This document shows positions 28,256 to 37,121 of a DNA stretch of 49,452 bases, piece by piece; the stretch's first letter is position 1; every line of letters begins with the position of its first letter. A program made the position numbers and the translations under genes. The DNA comes from a virus (Duplodnaviria > Caudoviricetes). The DNA lies in IMG/VR virus record IMGVR_UViG_3300011437_000004, positions 1-49,452 of that record, one strand, 5' to 3'. The notes beneath the pieces were generated by a model. That model worked only from the letters and a program-made list of their open reading frames with translations, made no database searches and was not told the origin of the DNA.

Positions 28256-30973
28256 ATGAACTACCCGCTAGTGGTCCTCAGCCCGTCCGCCGTTTCCCGC
28301 GACGCCTCCTGCTCCCGCTGTGACCTCGGCATCGCATCCCAACCCACCCTGCACCGCCAATCACTGTGTATTCCACTCCATCGGCACGGCGACTACAAGC
28401 CCTCCTCCATCGCCCTCCTCTGCATCGGCGAGGCTCCCGGCTCTGAAGAAGACGCGCAATGTGCTCCCTTCGTAGGCCCCTCCGGCCAAATCCTCACCGA
28501 CTGGCTGTCCCAATTTGCATCCCTCCCCATCACCATCTACGCCACCAACGCCGTTCGCTGCCGCCTCCCCACCAAGGCCAAACCTCGCCGCCCCATGTTC
28601 GACGCCTGCAATGCGTTCCTGGTCAGTGACCTCAAGCTGCTCCTCAGCGCACACCCCTCCGTCACCCTGCTACTTCTCGGCGCCACCACCGTAGAGTCCC
28701 TCCGTCTCGGCACAATGAAGAAAGACGCATTCCGCCGCCAAGGCCAGCCCGTGCTGATAAACGGCCTAGGCCCGTTCCCCACATATGCCACCTACCACCC
28801 CGCCGCCACCCTCCCCTCCCGCTCCCCCCATCTAGTTCACGCCGTCGCCGACCACTTGTCGCTACTATTCTCTTCCTTGGACCGCGCCGCTTCTGCTCCG
28901 GTAAAGAACTTGTCGGCTGAACCGAGTCCGGCCCTGTTCACACCACCCCGTGCCGTGCCCGTTATAAATGCACTGGCCGACCTGCATGGGCCCGTGCCGT
29001 CTCCCGTCCCGTCTGTGCTCGCTCTCGACATTGAGACATACGGTCTACTCGACACCGAGCCCGTTCAAACGGTCTACCACCCCGTCAAGTCCACGGCCAT
29101 TGACCGCCCCCGTTCACTGCTATCCACCGTCGCCATCGCTTGGCATCAGTACACGGGTCGGGAACAGGGCCGGATTCGGTTAAGCCGACAAGCGCGCGTT
29201 GAGGCAGAAGGCAGTGCGCTCAAAGCCCGCGTGTATGTTTGGTCCAAGCCCGTTGACCGTGCATCTCTGTACCAAGTCCTGCACCGTTTGCGTGCCAACC
29301 ACGGCACGCTGGTGCTCAAGAACGCCCTCTTTGACTTCTCTTACCTCCGTGCGTATCCTGAGTTCCGCGAGGTGCTGTGTCCCCCGTTAGTAATAGAAGA
29401 CGTAGAGGCGTGGAACACGCTGGCCAGTGATGTTCGTCCTGAGCGATCTCTAGAGGCCATCGCCCGTTTGCTGGGCCTGCTGCCTGAGCTTACAGACTCT
29501 AATCCCAAGGCCCGTAAATTTAAGCGATACCCATCAGCCTTCGACGGCGCTGCCCACCGCTACAATGCCACCGATGCACTCGTTACTCTCGCTGCTCGTG
29601 ACATACTGCGCGGGCAGTGCGATCCATTAGCGTTGACAGAGTACGCCCGCCGTTGGTTCAGTGAATCCATCTATTCATTTCTGCACATGCAAGAGGCTGG
29701 CATCTGTGTAGACCGCCGTGCTGTTGCGACCTTGAACGCATCGCTGCTGCTCAGGATGGCTGCCCATGCCAACCGATTCAAAGCGCTCACCGGATGTGCG
29801 CTGGCGGGCACAGGCAGCCGAGATCCGTTGCGAACGTTGGTGGCCAACGCGACCGCCGAGGCGTGCCTGCTGCGTCATCCTCAACTGGCCCGTTCGGATG
29901 TGGGTGGCATCATCAGCACGGGCGAGGACAATATAAAGCTCATTCTGGAACACCTGCCATCCGAGTCCGCTTACTATGAGTCCCTTGGCCTGCTTACTGC
30001 CCACCGTGCGCTGCAGAAAACCGTTGGCACACTGAAGGCGATTGCGTCGCCGGAGTCCAAGCACCGTTCCATCCGTGGCATCGTCTACCCTCAGTGGTAT
30101 CCGTTCCCAGGCGAGTATGGCCGCGCTTCCAATGCGACGGGCGGCGGTACTGTCCAGGGCCGTGCAACCGCAAAGGATCCAGCTCCACAGACGTGGCCGG
30201 AGGAAGTGCATAACTGCGTCAGCTCCCGTCACGGACGCCACGGCGTCGTGCTCATGTGGGACTTATCACAGATAGAGGTACGCCTTGCGGCCATGCTGTC
30301 CCGCGACTCACGCATGATCCAAGAGTACCGCGACGGGGTGGACCGCCATACGATGCGAGCAGTGGAGCTGTTTGGTGCTGATATCATTAGTCACCCACAG
30401 TTCCGTAGAGTCTATAGGCACGCGGGCAAGACGATGAACTTTCTAATCATCTACCGCGGCGGCGCTCGCCAGTTCCGTTTCACATTGCGTCGCGATGTGG
30501 GCGTGGACTTCCCGCTGGAACGCTGCCAAGAGATGATTGCCCTGTCCCGTGCCGCGTATCCTGAGCTGGATGCGTATCAGCAGGCGCTCATACGGCAGGT
30601 GACGCGGGACGGCTTCTTGGTCGAGCCCGTGCTGGGCTTCCGCCGCTGGTTCATCCGGTCCCAAGCGCTCAACGAACACGAATACGAAAGCACCATCGCG
30701 AATTTCCTAGTTCAGTCCACTGCCGCGTTGCTAATGCGCGATGTGCAACGGCGTGTCATTACCATGCTGCCGCCCGGCGCGTGCGTTTTCTTCAACGGCT
30801 ATGACTCGCTTGGAATTGATTGCCTTATAAGAGATTATGACAAAGCGCTAAATTCTTTGCGCATTTGCTTGACGGAATCCGGCTACCTTGCTAGATTACG
30901 GGCAGTGACGGGCGTCCACGATGTACCGATATTGGCCGAAGCCAAGGCTCGTTGCGGCGTCGATCCGAGCTAG
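28256..30973 (+). CDS. polA: Family A DNA polymerase with N-terminal family-4 uracil-DNA glycosylase and 3'-5' exonuclease domains
   Basis: UDG: CSRC, GEAPG..ED...PFVGPSG, TNAVRC, HPAA. Exo: LDIET, NALFD, YNATD. Pol: DLSQIEVR, KTMNFLIIY, VQSTAA, GYDS. Confidence 0.9.
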   Translation: MNYPLVVLSPSAVSRDASCSRCDLGIASQPTLHRQSLCIPLHRHGDYKPSSIALLCIGEAPGSEEDAQCAPFVGPSGQILTDWLSQFASLPITIYATNAVRCRLPTKAKPRRPMFDACNAFLVSDLKLLLSAHPSVTLLLLGATTVESLRLGTMKKDAFRRQGQPVLINGLGPFPTYATYHPAATLPSRSPHLVHAVADHLSLLFSSLDRAASAPVKNLSAEPSPALFTPPRAVPVINALADLHGPVPSPVPSVLALDIETYGLLDTEPVQTVYHPVKSTAIDRPRSLLSTVAIAWHQYTGREQGRIRLSRQARVEAEGSALKARVYVWSKPVDRASLYQVLHRLRANHGTLVLKNALFDFSYLRAYPEFREVLCPPLVIEDVEAWNTLASDVRPERSLEAIARLLGLLPELTDSNPKARKFKRYPSAFDGAAHRYNATDALVTLAARDILRGQCDPLALTEYARRWFSESIYSFLHMQEAGICVDRRAVATLNASLLLRMAAHANRFKALTGCALAGTGSRDPLRTLVANATAEACLLRHPQLARSDVGGIISTGEDNIKLILEHLPSESAYYESLGLLTAHRALQKTVGTLKAIASPESKHRSIRGIVYPQWYPFPGEYGRASNATGGGTVQGRATAKDPAPQTWPEEVHNCVSSRHGRHGVVLMWDLSQIEVRLAAMLSRDSRMIQEYRDGVDRHTMRAVELFGADIISHPQFRRVYRHAGKTMNFLIIYRGGARQFRFTLRRDVGVDFPLERCQEMIALSRAAYPELDAYQQALIRQVTRDGFLVEPVLGFRRWFIRSQALNEHEYESTIANFLVQSTAALLMRDVQRRVITMLPPGACVFFNGYDSLGIDCLIRDYDKALNSLRICLTESGYLARLRAVTGVHDVPILAEAKARCGVDPS
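28871..28942 (+). repeat. Dispersed repeat, copy C (UDG-exo linker of the polymerase)
   Basis: CTTGGACCGCGC..CTTCTGC...CTTGTCGGCTGAACCGAGTCCGGCCCT aligns with copy A over ~65 bp. Confidence 0.85.
29162..29210 (-). repeat. Dispersed repeat, copy B (inverted, inside the exonuclease domain)
   Basis: 29166-29210 is the exact reverse complement of 14127-14171. Confidence 0.9.
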
Positions 30974-30975
30974 TT

Positions 30976-31452
30976 ATGCCGATTGATCCGAGCCGAGTGG
31001 TGATTACAAGGACGCGAGGCCGGTCGCCGCATATGCGGGGCACTGGGCCAGGCATGATGCGCACGCCCAAAACAGATGGGACTGAAGCCTATATGCTGCC
31101 AGGACTGGAGAATCTAGGGTCCGTGCTGAGGGAGACCCGCGTGGCCCGTGCTATCCCGCAGCGCATACTGGCTGACACCGCGGGGATGCCTGTATCCGTG
31201 CTCTCATTGGTCGAACAGGGATCGCGCCGCCTCACCCCTCGTATGTATACGTTGCTGTGCCAAACGCTGGATCTGCCGCCCGAGGTGCCCATCCTGATTA
31301 CGTTGGCCGTGGGGCCCGATTGGCCCGGCTTGCGTACTATTCAAAAGCAGTTGGTAAAAAAGTATATAGCGGCGGGGCTGGCGGTGGAGACGATGGCGTC
31401 CCACCCCGTCCGTCGCAAACACCCCAACAAACCCCGCAATGAGTTTTATTGA
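30976..31452 (+). CDS. XRE/Cro-C1 HTH transcriptional regulator
   Basis: LRETRVARAIPQRILADTAGMPVSVLSLVEQG. Confidence 0.75.
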   Translation: MPIDPSRVVITRTRGRSPHMRGTGPGMMRTPKTDGTEAYMLPGLENLGSVLRETRVARAIPQRILADTAGMPVSVLSLVEQGSRRLTPRMYTLLCQTLDLPPEVPILITLAVGPDWPGLRTIQKQLVKKYIAAGLAVETMASHPVRRKHPNKPRNEFY

Positions 31453-31500
31453 AAAGAAGAAGTGCTCTGCGTCAATGTGTCGCCGCGTTGCCGATGTTGA

Positions 31501-32172
31501 GTGTGTTGTTCTGAGCGCCAGCAGCCGCGATATAGACCTCTTATGAAAGAGCTGCCCCGTACAGTCACGATGCTCATAGATACGCGGGAGAAGACCCCGT
31601 TTGCTTTCCCTGACATCATCGCAGTGGAGTGGGGCGGCAAGGACTACCCGGTGACCGTACGATCCGAGAGGGCGAAGCTGGACTGCGGTGACTACACACT
31701 TAAAAGCTATGAGCACATTGCGGCGCTGGAACGTAAGAGTTCACTTGACGGCGAGCTGTCCGACAATATTACGACGGCGGACCGTGCCCGTTTTGTTCGT
31801 GCTCTGTCTCGGTTGGCGGGCAGCTGCCTGTACCCGTATCTGATGCTGGAGAGCGGGGGCGGGGCGTGGTGGACCGAGGGAAAAACCAATAGCGATGCCG
31901 GCATGACGATGGATCATCTGGGCCAATTGGTGTCGCAGCTAAGGCTGAACTTGATTTTCAACGCCAGCAGGCCCACGACCGTACACGCAAAGCGGCGCAT
32001 GGGCGAGTTCGTACTGCGGCTGATGATCGGCCACATGCTGGTGCTGAGTAACGAAGGAAAGGAATTGACCAATGTCAGAACACCCGACCAACCTCAACGG
32101 GCAAGAAACTGTCCCTCCCGTTACGGTGGCAAGCCCGTCGACCCCAAGCCGCTGGCGTCCGGCAACAGCTAA
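31501..32172 (+). CDS. ERCC4/XPF-family nuclease (start may be 31543)
   Basis: IDTREK, LDCGDY and ERKS motifs. Confidence 0.85.
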   Translation: MCCSERQQPRYRPLMKELPRTVTMLIDTREKTPFAFPDIIAVEWGGKDYPVTVRSERAKLDCGDYTLKSYEHIAALERKSSLDGELSDNITTADRARFVRALSRLAGSCLYPYLMLESGGGAWWTEGKTNSDAGMTMDHLGQLVSQLRLNLIFNASRPTTVHAKRRMGEFVLRLMIGHMLVLSNEGKELTNVRTPDQPQRARNCPSRYGGKPVDPKPLASGNS

Positions 32173-33415
32173 TCAGCTAGCGCCGTTGGGTTTCGTGCTG
32201 ACGCCGGCCCCGGATGCCCTGATGACATCCCCGTGCCCCACCGTGCCGTGCGATCGACCTGAACTGAAGCACCTGTTCAAGCACAGCCTACCAGTCATTA
32301 ACAACCCGCCTGTGCGGTCGTCCGCCGTCAAGACATACCACGAATGCACTCGCAGGTGGTTCTATGAGTACGGGCTGGGTCTTGTGCCGTTGGGCTATTG
32401 GTCCCCCGGTATGCGACAAGGCACGCTGTTCCACAAGGCGATGGAGTGGCTGTCCAAAGGCATGAGCACGGAACAAATCCACAATCACTTGCACGAATAC
32501 CAAAACAGCGTTGCGCTGCGGTTGATGGCCGCTCAGACACCCGATGGCCGTTTGCCTGACGGCACGTTTACGGAGACGCGGCTGGACCAATTAGAGGTAA
32601 TGACACATAAAGCTGCGGCGATGGCTGAGTACATCCGTGCCCGTGATGCGCTGCCCAAAGATATCATACCGCTGGCCGTTGAGAAACACACGGCGTGCGT
32701 GCTTTCCACTCCTTCGGGACGATCGGTTACGCTGGCGGGCCGTATTGACGTGCTAGGGCAGTCGGCCAACGACTCCAACGAGATCTGGCTGCTGGACTAC
32801 AAAACTACGGGCGAGTCCCCGTCCCTTGCTGCAAGGGCCTTGGAGTTCGATGCTCAGATACACCAGCACCGTTTGCTGGCGATGGCCGCATTCCCCGACA
32901 AGCATGTAATGGGGTCGTATCATCTGTTGGTCAAACCTGCTGGGATTAAGTATTGCCCAAAGACCAAAGACAAGGGCGGCATCCAAAGTTACTTTACCCG
33001 CGTGCTCGAATGGTACGCGCAGCGGGAGCTGGAGGGTCAGGCGGTGCCCGAAAAGGCACCCATCGCAACGTCAAAGATTACCTATACTGCGTCCGTGCCC
33101 GAGCCCGACATCCTTGACCGCATCATAGAGGTTTCACACCAGCCGCGCATGCATGGTACAAACGGGCACGAAGACATTCGACGCATGTTCCCCCGCGTAG
33201 CCAACCGTTACGTGTGCGGCGGCATTGCGGGACGCAAGGCGTGTCCGTTTCTAAAGATGTGCAACACCGAAGCGCCACACGAATGGGCGGCTTTGATTCG
33301 AGAAGAGGGAATGCAGCACGCTGCCCTGTATGAACGCTGCGACCCGTGGGTCAAGGCCCGCGGCGGCGACGACTCCGGCGACTCCGACGAACCCGAAAGC
33401 ATTGATGGTGAATAG
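32072..33415 (+). CDS. PD-(D/E)XK exonuclease (Cas4/RecB-like)
   Basis: SSAVKTYHEC, GTLFH, VEK, GRID, DYKT and C-terminal Cys cluster; ATG after AAGGAATTGAC. Confidence 0.8.
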   Translation: MSEHPTNLNGQETVPPVTVASPSTPSRWRPATANQLAPLGFVLTPAPDALMTSPCPTVPCDRPELKHLFKHSLPVINNPPVRSSAVKTYHECTRRWFYEYGLGLVPLGYWSPGMRQGTLFHKAMEWLSKGMSTEQIHNHLHEYQNSVALRLMAAQTPDGRLPDGTFTETRLDQLEVMTHKAAAMAEYIRARDALPKDIIPLAVEKHTACVLSTPSGRSVTLAGRIDVLGQSANDSNEIWLLDYKTTGESPSLAARALEFDAQIHQHRLLAMAAFPDKHVMGSYHLLVKPAGIKYCPKTKDKGGIQSYFTRVLEWYAQRELEGQAVPEKAPIATSKITYTASVPEPDILDRIIEVSHQPRMHGTNGHEDIRRMFPRVANRYVCGGIAGRKACPFLKMCNTEAPHEWAALIREEGMQHAALYERCDPWVKARGGDDSGDSDEPESIDGE

Positions 33416-33441
33416 TTCGTTTAACAAAAAGGAATTGACCA

Positions 33442-34449
33442 ATGACTCAAACAATCACTACCGGCAGCGCGCCCGCTGCACCCTCCGTGCGACCAGCTCT
33501 GCCTCCCCCCCAGCCCCGTCCACAACCGCTGCCGCAGCCGCCGTTGGCACAGCCACAACCGTCGATGCTGGACCCGTATGCATCACAGTTTGGGGAGGGT
33601 GTGCGAGTATTCGGACCGCCTCCCGCCGGACGTCTTAGAGTCTATCTTCGGGCCAAGGTCGGTGGCGGCAAAACCCACTTCTGCCTCTCGGCGCCGCGAT
33701 CGCTGGTGCTGGACTTTGAGAACAAAGCGCTGGCCATTCCATATCGCGGACCTGGCACATCTGTGTATTACTTTTCAGCATGGGAACGCTATGAAGAACT
33801 GCTGAACCGTGTCATTGCGGACGGGCTGGCCGGACGCCGCTACTTCGACACTGTGGTCTTTGACCCCATGCCATCCGTGGTCTCGCTGGTGCGGGCGTCG
33901 CTGACTGCCCAGTACCGTGCCATGAAGTACTTGGACGCCCACGAAGACATAACTAACTATGGACAAAAAGGGTCGGGGTGGGACATTGTCAACGGCAAAA
34001 TCAACAGACTTCTAACCGATGTGTACAATGCGGGGTATGGGTGGATCGCTACATCTCACATCATGCCCGTTTGGAAAAAGGGGTCCGATGGCCGCGACAC
34101 TGCCGTCCAGGATACCGTGCTCAATGCGGGCGTGGAGCGAAACCTATACAAAGATGCAGACTACACCGGCATCATTCTGAACGAAACGGACGTAACCACC
34201 ACGGGCGGCGGGGTTACAGGGACGCAGATGATACAGGGCCGGCCCGTGTCCATCCGCTCTCCAGTCAAGACCGAAATACGAAAACGGTTCACGCTAGGCT
34301 TCTTGCCCTCAGACCCAATGATACCTGTGCGGGTGTCGGTGCCGCTGAGCACCAACCCCATTGACATAACAGATCAACACGGAATGGATTTGTTTCACAG
34401 AGTCTACGATGACAGCGTTACAGCGTTTGTAGCTTCGTCACGGAGTTAA
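33442..34449 (+). CDS. Sak4-like/AAA_24 recombination ATPase
   Basis: GGGKT, LVLDFE, DTVVFD; located between exonuclease and SSB-like gene. Confidence 0.75.
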   Translation: MTQTITTGSAPAAPSVRPALPPPQPRPQPLPQPPLAQPQPSMLDPYASQFGEGVRVFGPPPAGRLRVYLRAKVGGGKTHFCLSAPRSLVLDFENKALAIPYRGPGTSVYYFSAWERYEELLNRVIADGLAGRRYFDTVVFDPMPSVVSLVRASLTAQYRAMKYLDAHEDITNYGQKGSGWDIVNGKINRLLTDVYNAGYGWIATSHIMPVWKKGSDGRDTAVQDTVLNAGVERNLYKDADYTGIILNETDVTTTGGGVTGTQMIQGRPVSIRSPVKTEIRKRFTLGFLPSDPMIPVRVSVPLSTNPIDITDQHGMDLFHRVYDDSVTAFVASSRS

Positions 34450-34489
34450 GTTAACCCGCTCTTACAAGAGCACAACAGAGGAGTGTTCT

Positions 34490-35020
34490 ATGCCAGTAAT
34501 ATTTGACCAAAACGCATTTATCGCAGCGGCGGCCCAACGCCACGAAGTCCTGGCCCAGGGCAAACGGGACGCCGTGCAATCATGGACGCCGCCTGAGGGC
34601 ACCTACATCGGCGAGTTGTTGGGCGGTCAGGTCGGCGTGATTACCAACGCAACGGGCGCATCGGACCCGGCCATCTGGCTGACGTTCCGCATTGGTGACG
34701 CCGGTCCCCACGAAGGCCGCACCGTTCGCATCATGTTCACGCTGGGCGAGATGGGCGCTGCCGGATTCGTGCGTGCTGCTAATGTAATTTTGGACAGCCA
34801 AGTGCCGGACGATCCGATTGCAGTAGCCAAAGCTATCCTGTCCCACTGTGAGCGTGGCGAGTGGTACGTGCTGGCGGCAGTGACCCGCAAGAAGGATCCA
34901 ACCCAGCGCAACGTGTACATCAACAAGAAGTGCGATATGCTGCCCCCTGGCAGCGAAGGCGAGCATCAGACTCTTACAGCCAACGACGTAGGCGCCATGC
35001 CCGCGGGCGTTCTCAAGTAG
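34490..35020 (+). CDS. Probable ssDNA-binding protein (DUF669/gp2.5-like)
   Basis: WTPPEGTY motif, OB-like beta pattern, synteny with Sak4; GAGGAG RBS. Confidence 0.55.
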   Translation: MPVIFDQNAFIAAAAQRHEVLAQGKRDAVQSWTPPEGTYIGELLGGQVGVITNATGASDPAIWLTFRIGDAGPHEGRTVRIMFTLGEMGAAGFVRAANVILDSQVPDDPIAVAKAILSHCERGEWYVLAAVTRKKDPTQRNVYINKKCDMLPPGSEGEHQTLTANDVGAMPAGVLK

Positions 35021-35041
35021 CGTCCGCGGCTGACACGGAAT

Positions 35042-35182
35042 GGTCGCCCCAGGCATGCAGTGTTTGTCAATTCCGCTGTGTGTCCTGCGGGCGACCGGCC
35101 CTTGCTTCTTTTCTCCTCAGGGCGCGGGGGCGCTTCGGCCACCTTATGCTTGACAGCCGAGCGCTCCCCGCCGAGGAGCAAG
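35042..35182 (+). ncRNA. Two-hairpin structured RNA upstream of csrA (candidate sRNA)
   Basis: Hairpin 35042-35096 (~21 bp with G-U pairs, loop TTTGTCAATTC) and a second hairpin CTCCTC..TCGGC/GCCGA..GAGGAG. Confidence 0.55.
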
Positions 35183-35205
35183 TACACAATAACGAAAGGA
35201 TTCGT

Positions 35206-35397
35206 ATGTTAGTTCTGTCCCGGAAACGCAATGAAAGCATCCTCATCGACGGCGATATCAAAGTAGTGGTGCTTGGAATCCGCGGAGACAAAGTACGGCT
35301 GGGCATCACGGCCCCCCGCTCCATTCCCGTTGTTCGCAAGGAAATCACTGACGTCATGGCCGCCAAACCGAGGCCGGAAGGAAACATGCAACAATGA
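35206..35397 (+). CDS. csrA: Carbon storage regulator CsrA/RsmA
   Basis: [47 protein letters not shown], 63 aa. Confidence 0.92.
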   Translation: MLVLSRKRNESILIDGDIKVVVLGIRGDKVRLGITAPRSIPVVRKEITDVMAAKPRPEGNMQQ

Positions 35398-36242
35398 CAA
35401 CAAAGCCAATAAGTGAAACGGGCCTGAGTCTATACGTAAAGCTGAACCAACTGCTGAACGATCCGTTGGAGTCCCACATCCGTATTAATGCTTTTGTGGA
35501 CGCTCTCATTGGTGCAACGCAGATTACCAACGTAATGCTGGTGCTGCCCGCCGAGCACGTACCCCCCCTCACCATCAGACATGCCGTGGACCGCATCAGA
35601 GACACGGGCCGAACCGTCACATACGGACGCAAAGCGTTCCTCAACAATGGCGCTGAATACAAGGAATCCCCCAGCAACCCCTTTGATCCCGGATTCTGGC
35701 AGAACGCTATATACCGGGTGCTCACAGAGGCTGCTCTGTTCGGGTGTACCGAAACGCTGTTGGATGCCGAGCCCGGCGCCAAGCACTCTACCTGCGGTTG
35801 GCTGCATGCCATCAGCACGGGCTACTCACTACCTTCCGATCGGTTCGAGCGACTAAAGCATGCCATCCTGCGCGCTATTGAGTTTTCATGCGACATAGAT
35901 GACATCTTCCCTGGCTGGTCTGCAAAGGAAAACAACTATGTGAACGCGACCCGCCATTTAGGCAACCGCATTATATTTACACCTTACGGTACGCCTGCCG
36001 GCCCCATCCCCGGCCTGCATCCTCCCCACCACAAGCCATCCATACATACGTGGGCCCTGAACGTGGACGTTGCGGCGGATCCAGCCAACAATGTAATCTC
36101 CGTCGCTGACGCCCTCCGATGGCGGTGGGACCTCTGCGAAGCCGCGTACCCAACACTGACGCCAAGCGGTCGCATCGTGTTCGTACGCTTTTCCCGCATC
36201 GTACCTGTCTTGAAGGCCTTCACCGCCCTGGCCCTCGATTAA
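35394..36242 (+). CDS. Hypothetical protein
   Basis: 282 aa, ATGA-coupled to csrA. Confidence 0.7.
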   Translation: MTTKPISETGLSLYVKLNQLLNDPLESHIRINAFVDALIGATQITNVMLVLPAEHVPPLTIRHAVDRIRDTGRTVTYGRKAFLNNGAEYKESPSNPFDPGFWQNAIYRVLTEAALFGCTETLLDAEPGAKHSTCGWLHAISTGYSLPSDRFERLKHAILRAIEFSCDIDDIFPGWSAKENNYVNATRHLGNRIIFTPYGTPAGPIPGLHPPHHKPSIHTWALNVDVAADPANNVISVADALRWRWDLCEAAYPTLTPSGRIVFVRFSRIVPVLKAFTALALD

Positions 36243-36270
36243 CCCACAACCCGCAAACTGGAGACCATTC

Positions 36271-36942
36271 ATGACCACAGAAAATATTGCATATCGCAAC
36301 TCAGAGCAGCTAAAGGCCGACACTCTGGCGCAATTGGACGCCCACCGGCGGGTCAACGAATTGGTTCGTGGAACATATTGGGACGGTCATCGCGGATGCG
36401 CGATCGGCTGCATGGCACACAGCGGCGACAGCCCGCATCCGGAGCTGGCCAACCGGCTTGGCATACCGGAGCAAATCCTGCATCTCATAGATGTCACATT
36501 CGAGCGGCTGCCTGCCAACTGGCTAGATTGGCCGACACGTGTGATGTCGGCAATACCGGTCGGAGCCGATCTGTCTCTCGCATGGCCGCGGATGGCCATA
36601 TGGATACTGGCCGACCCGGTGCATGGCGCGCGCCAACACGCTATCGGCGCTGGTGTGACCGTGATAGATGCGGTGGTGGCTCTATACAGTCTCGTGCTCG
36701 TCGGAGACATACCGACCCCAGATGAGTGGCATGCGGCGGCGAGTGCGGCGGATGCGGCGAGTGTGGCGGCGGATGCGGCGGATGCGGCGAGTGTGGCGGC
36801 GAGTGTGGCGGCGAGTGCGGCGGCGTGGGCTGCGGCCTGGGCGGCGGCGTGGGCTGCGGCGAGTGCCACATTTTGGGCTACGCTATCCGACGAAATTGTC
36901 CGCGTGTGTGAAGCGTGCCCGGTAACCGGAGACCGCTCATGA
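36271..36942 (+). CDS. Hypothetical phage protein with Ala/Trp repeats
   Basis: GCAIGC motif; AAWAAAW tail encoded by GCGGCGAGTG/GCGGCGGAT repeats at ~36733-36866. Confidence 0.75.
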   Translation: MTTENIAYRNSEQLKADTLAQLDAHRRVNELVRGTYWDGHRGCAIGCMAHSGDSPHPELANRLGIPEQILHLIDVTFERLPANWLDWPTRVMSAIPVGADLSLAWPRMAIWILADPVHGARQHAIGAGVTVIDAVVALYSLVLVGDIPTPDEWHAAASAADAASVAADAADAASVAASVAASAAAWAAAWAAAWAAASATFWATLSDEIVRVCEACPVTGDRS

Positions 36943-37121
36943 GCGAGCAGCGTCCGTTTAGCTTGAGCGAAGAACGTGAGATTGAGTCTGCAATCAACAG
37001 AACAGACAGTTGGGTCGAGGCACTAGACCACACTATAGGCATCCAAACCACAATGGAACTAGCTCTTGGATTCAAGTCCAGATTCGTTTCGTTTGGGAAG
37101 TGTGGTGTCTATGAAACTTGA
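36939..37121 (+). CDS. Small hypothetical protein
   Basis: MSEQRPF start, ATGA-coupled, GGAG RBS. Confidence 0.5.
   Translation: MSEQRPFSLSEEREIESAINRTDSWVEALDHTIGIQTTMELALGFKSRFVSFGKCGVYET

Noticed and set aside
14127-29210. Recombinase-driven invertible segment between copies A and B
   Set aside because: No serine or tyrosine recombinase recognised, and inversion would split polA; cannot be fully excluded without reads.
32072-33415. Cas4-like nuclease as evidence of a CRISPR system
   Set aside because: No repeat-spacer array or other cas genes seen; the context is a phage recombination module.
36733-36866. Short tandem GCGGCG repeats as an array or DGR variable region
   Set aside because: They simply encode Ala/Trp repeats; no reverse transcriptase or template repeat was found.
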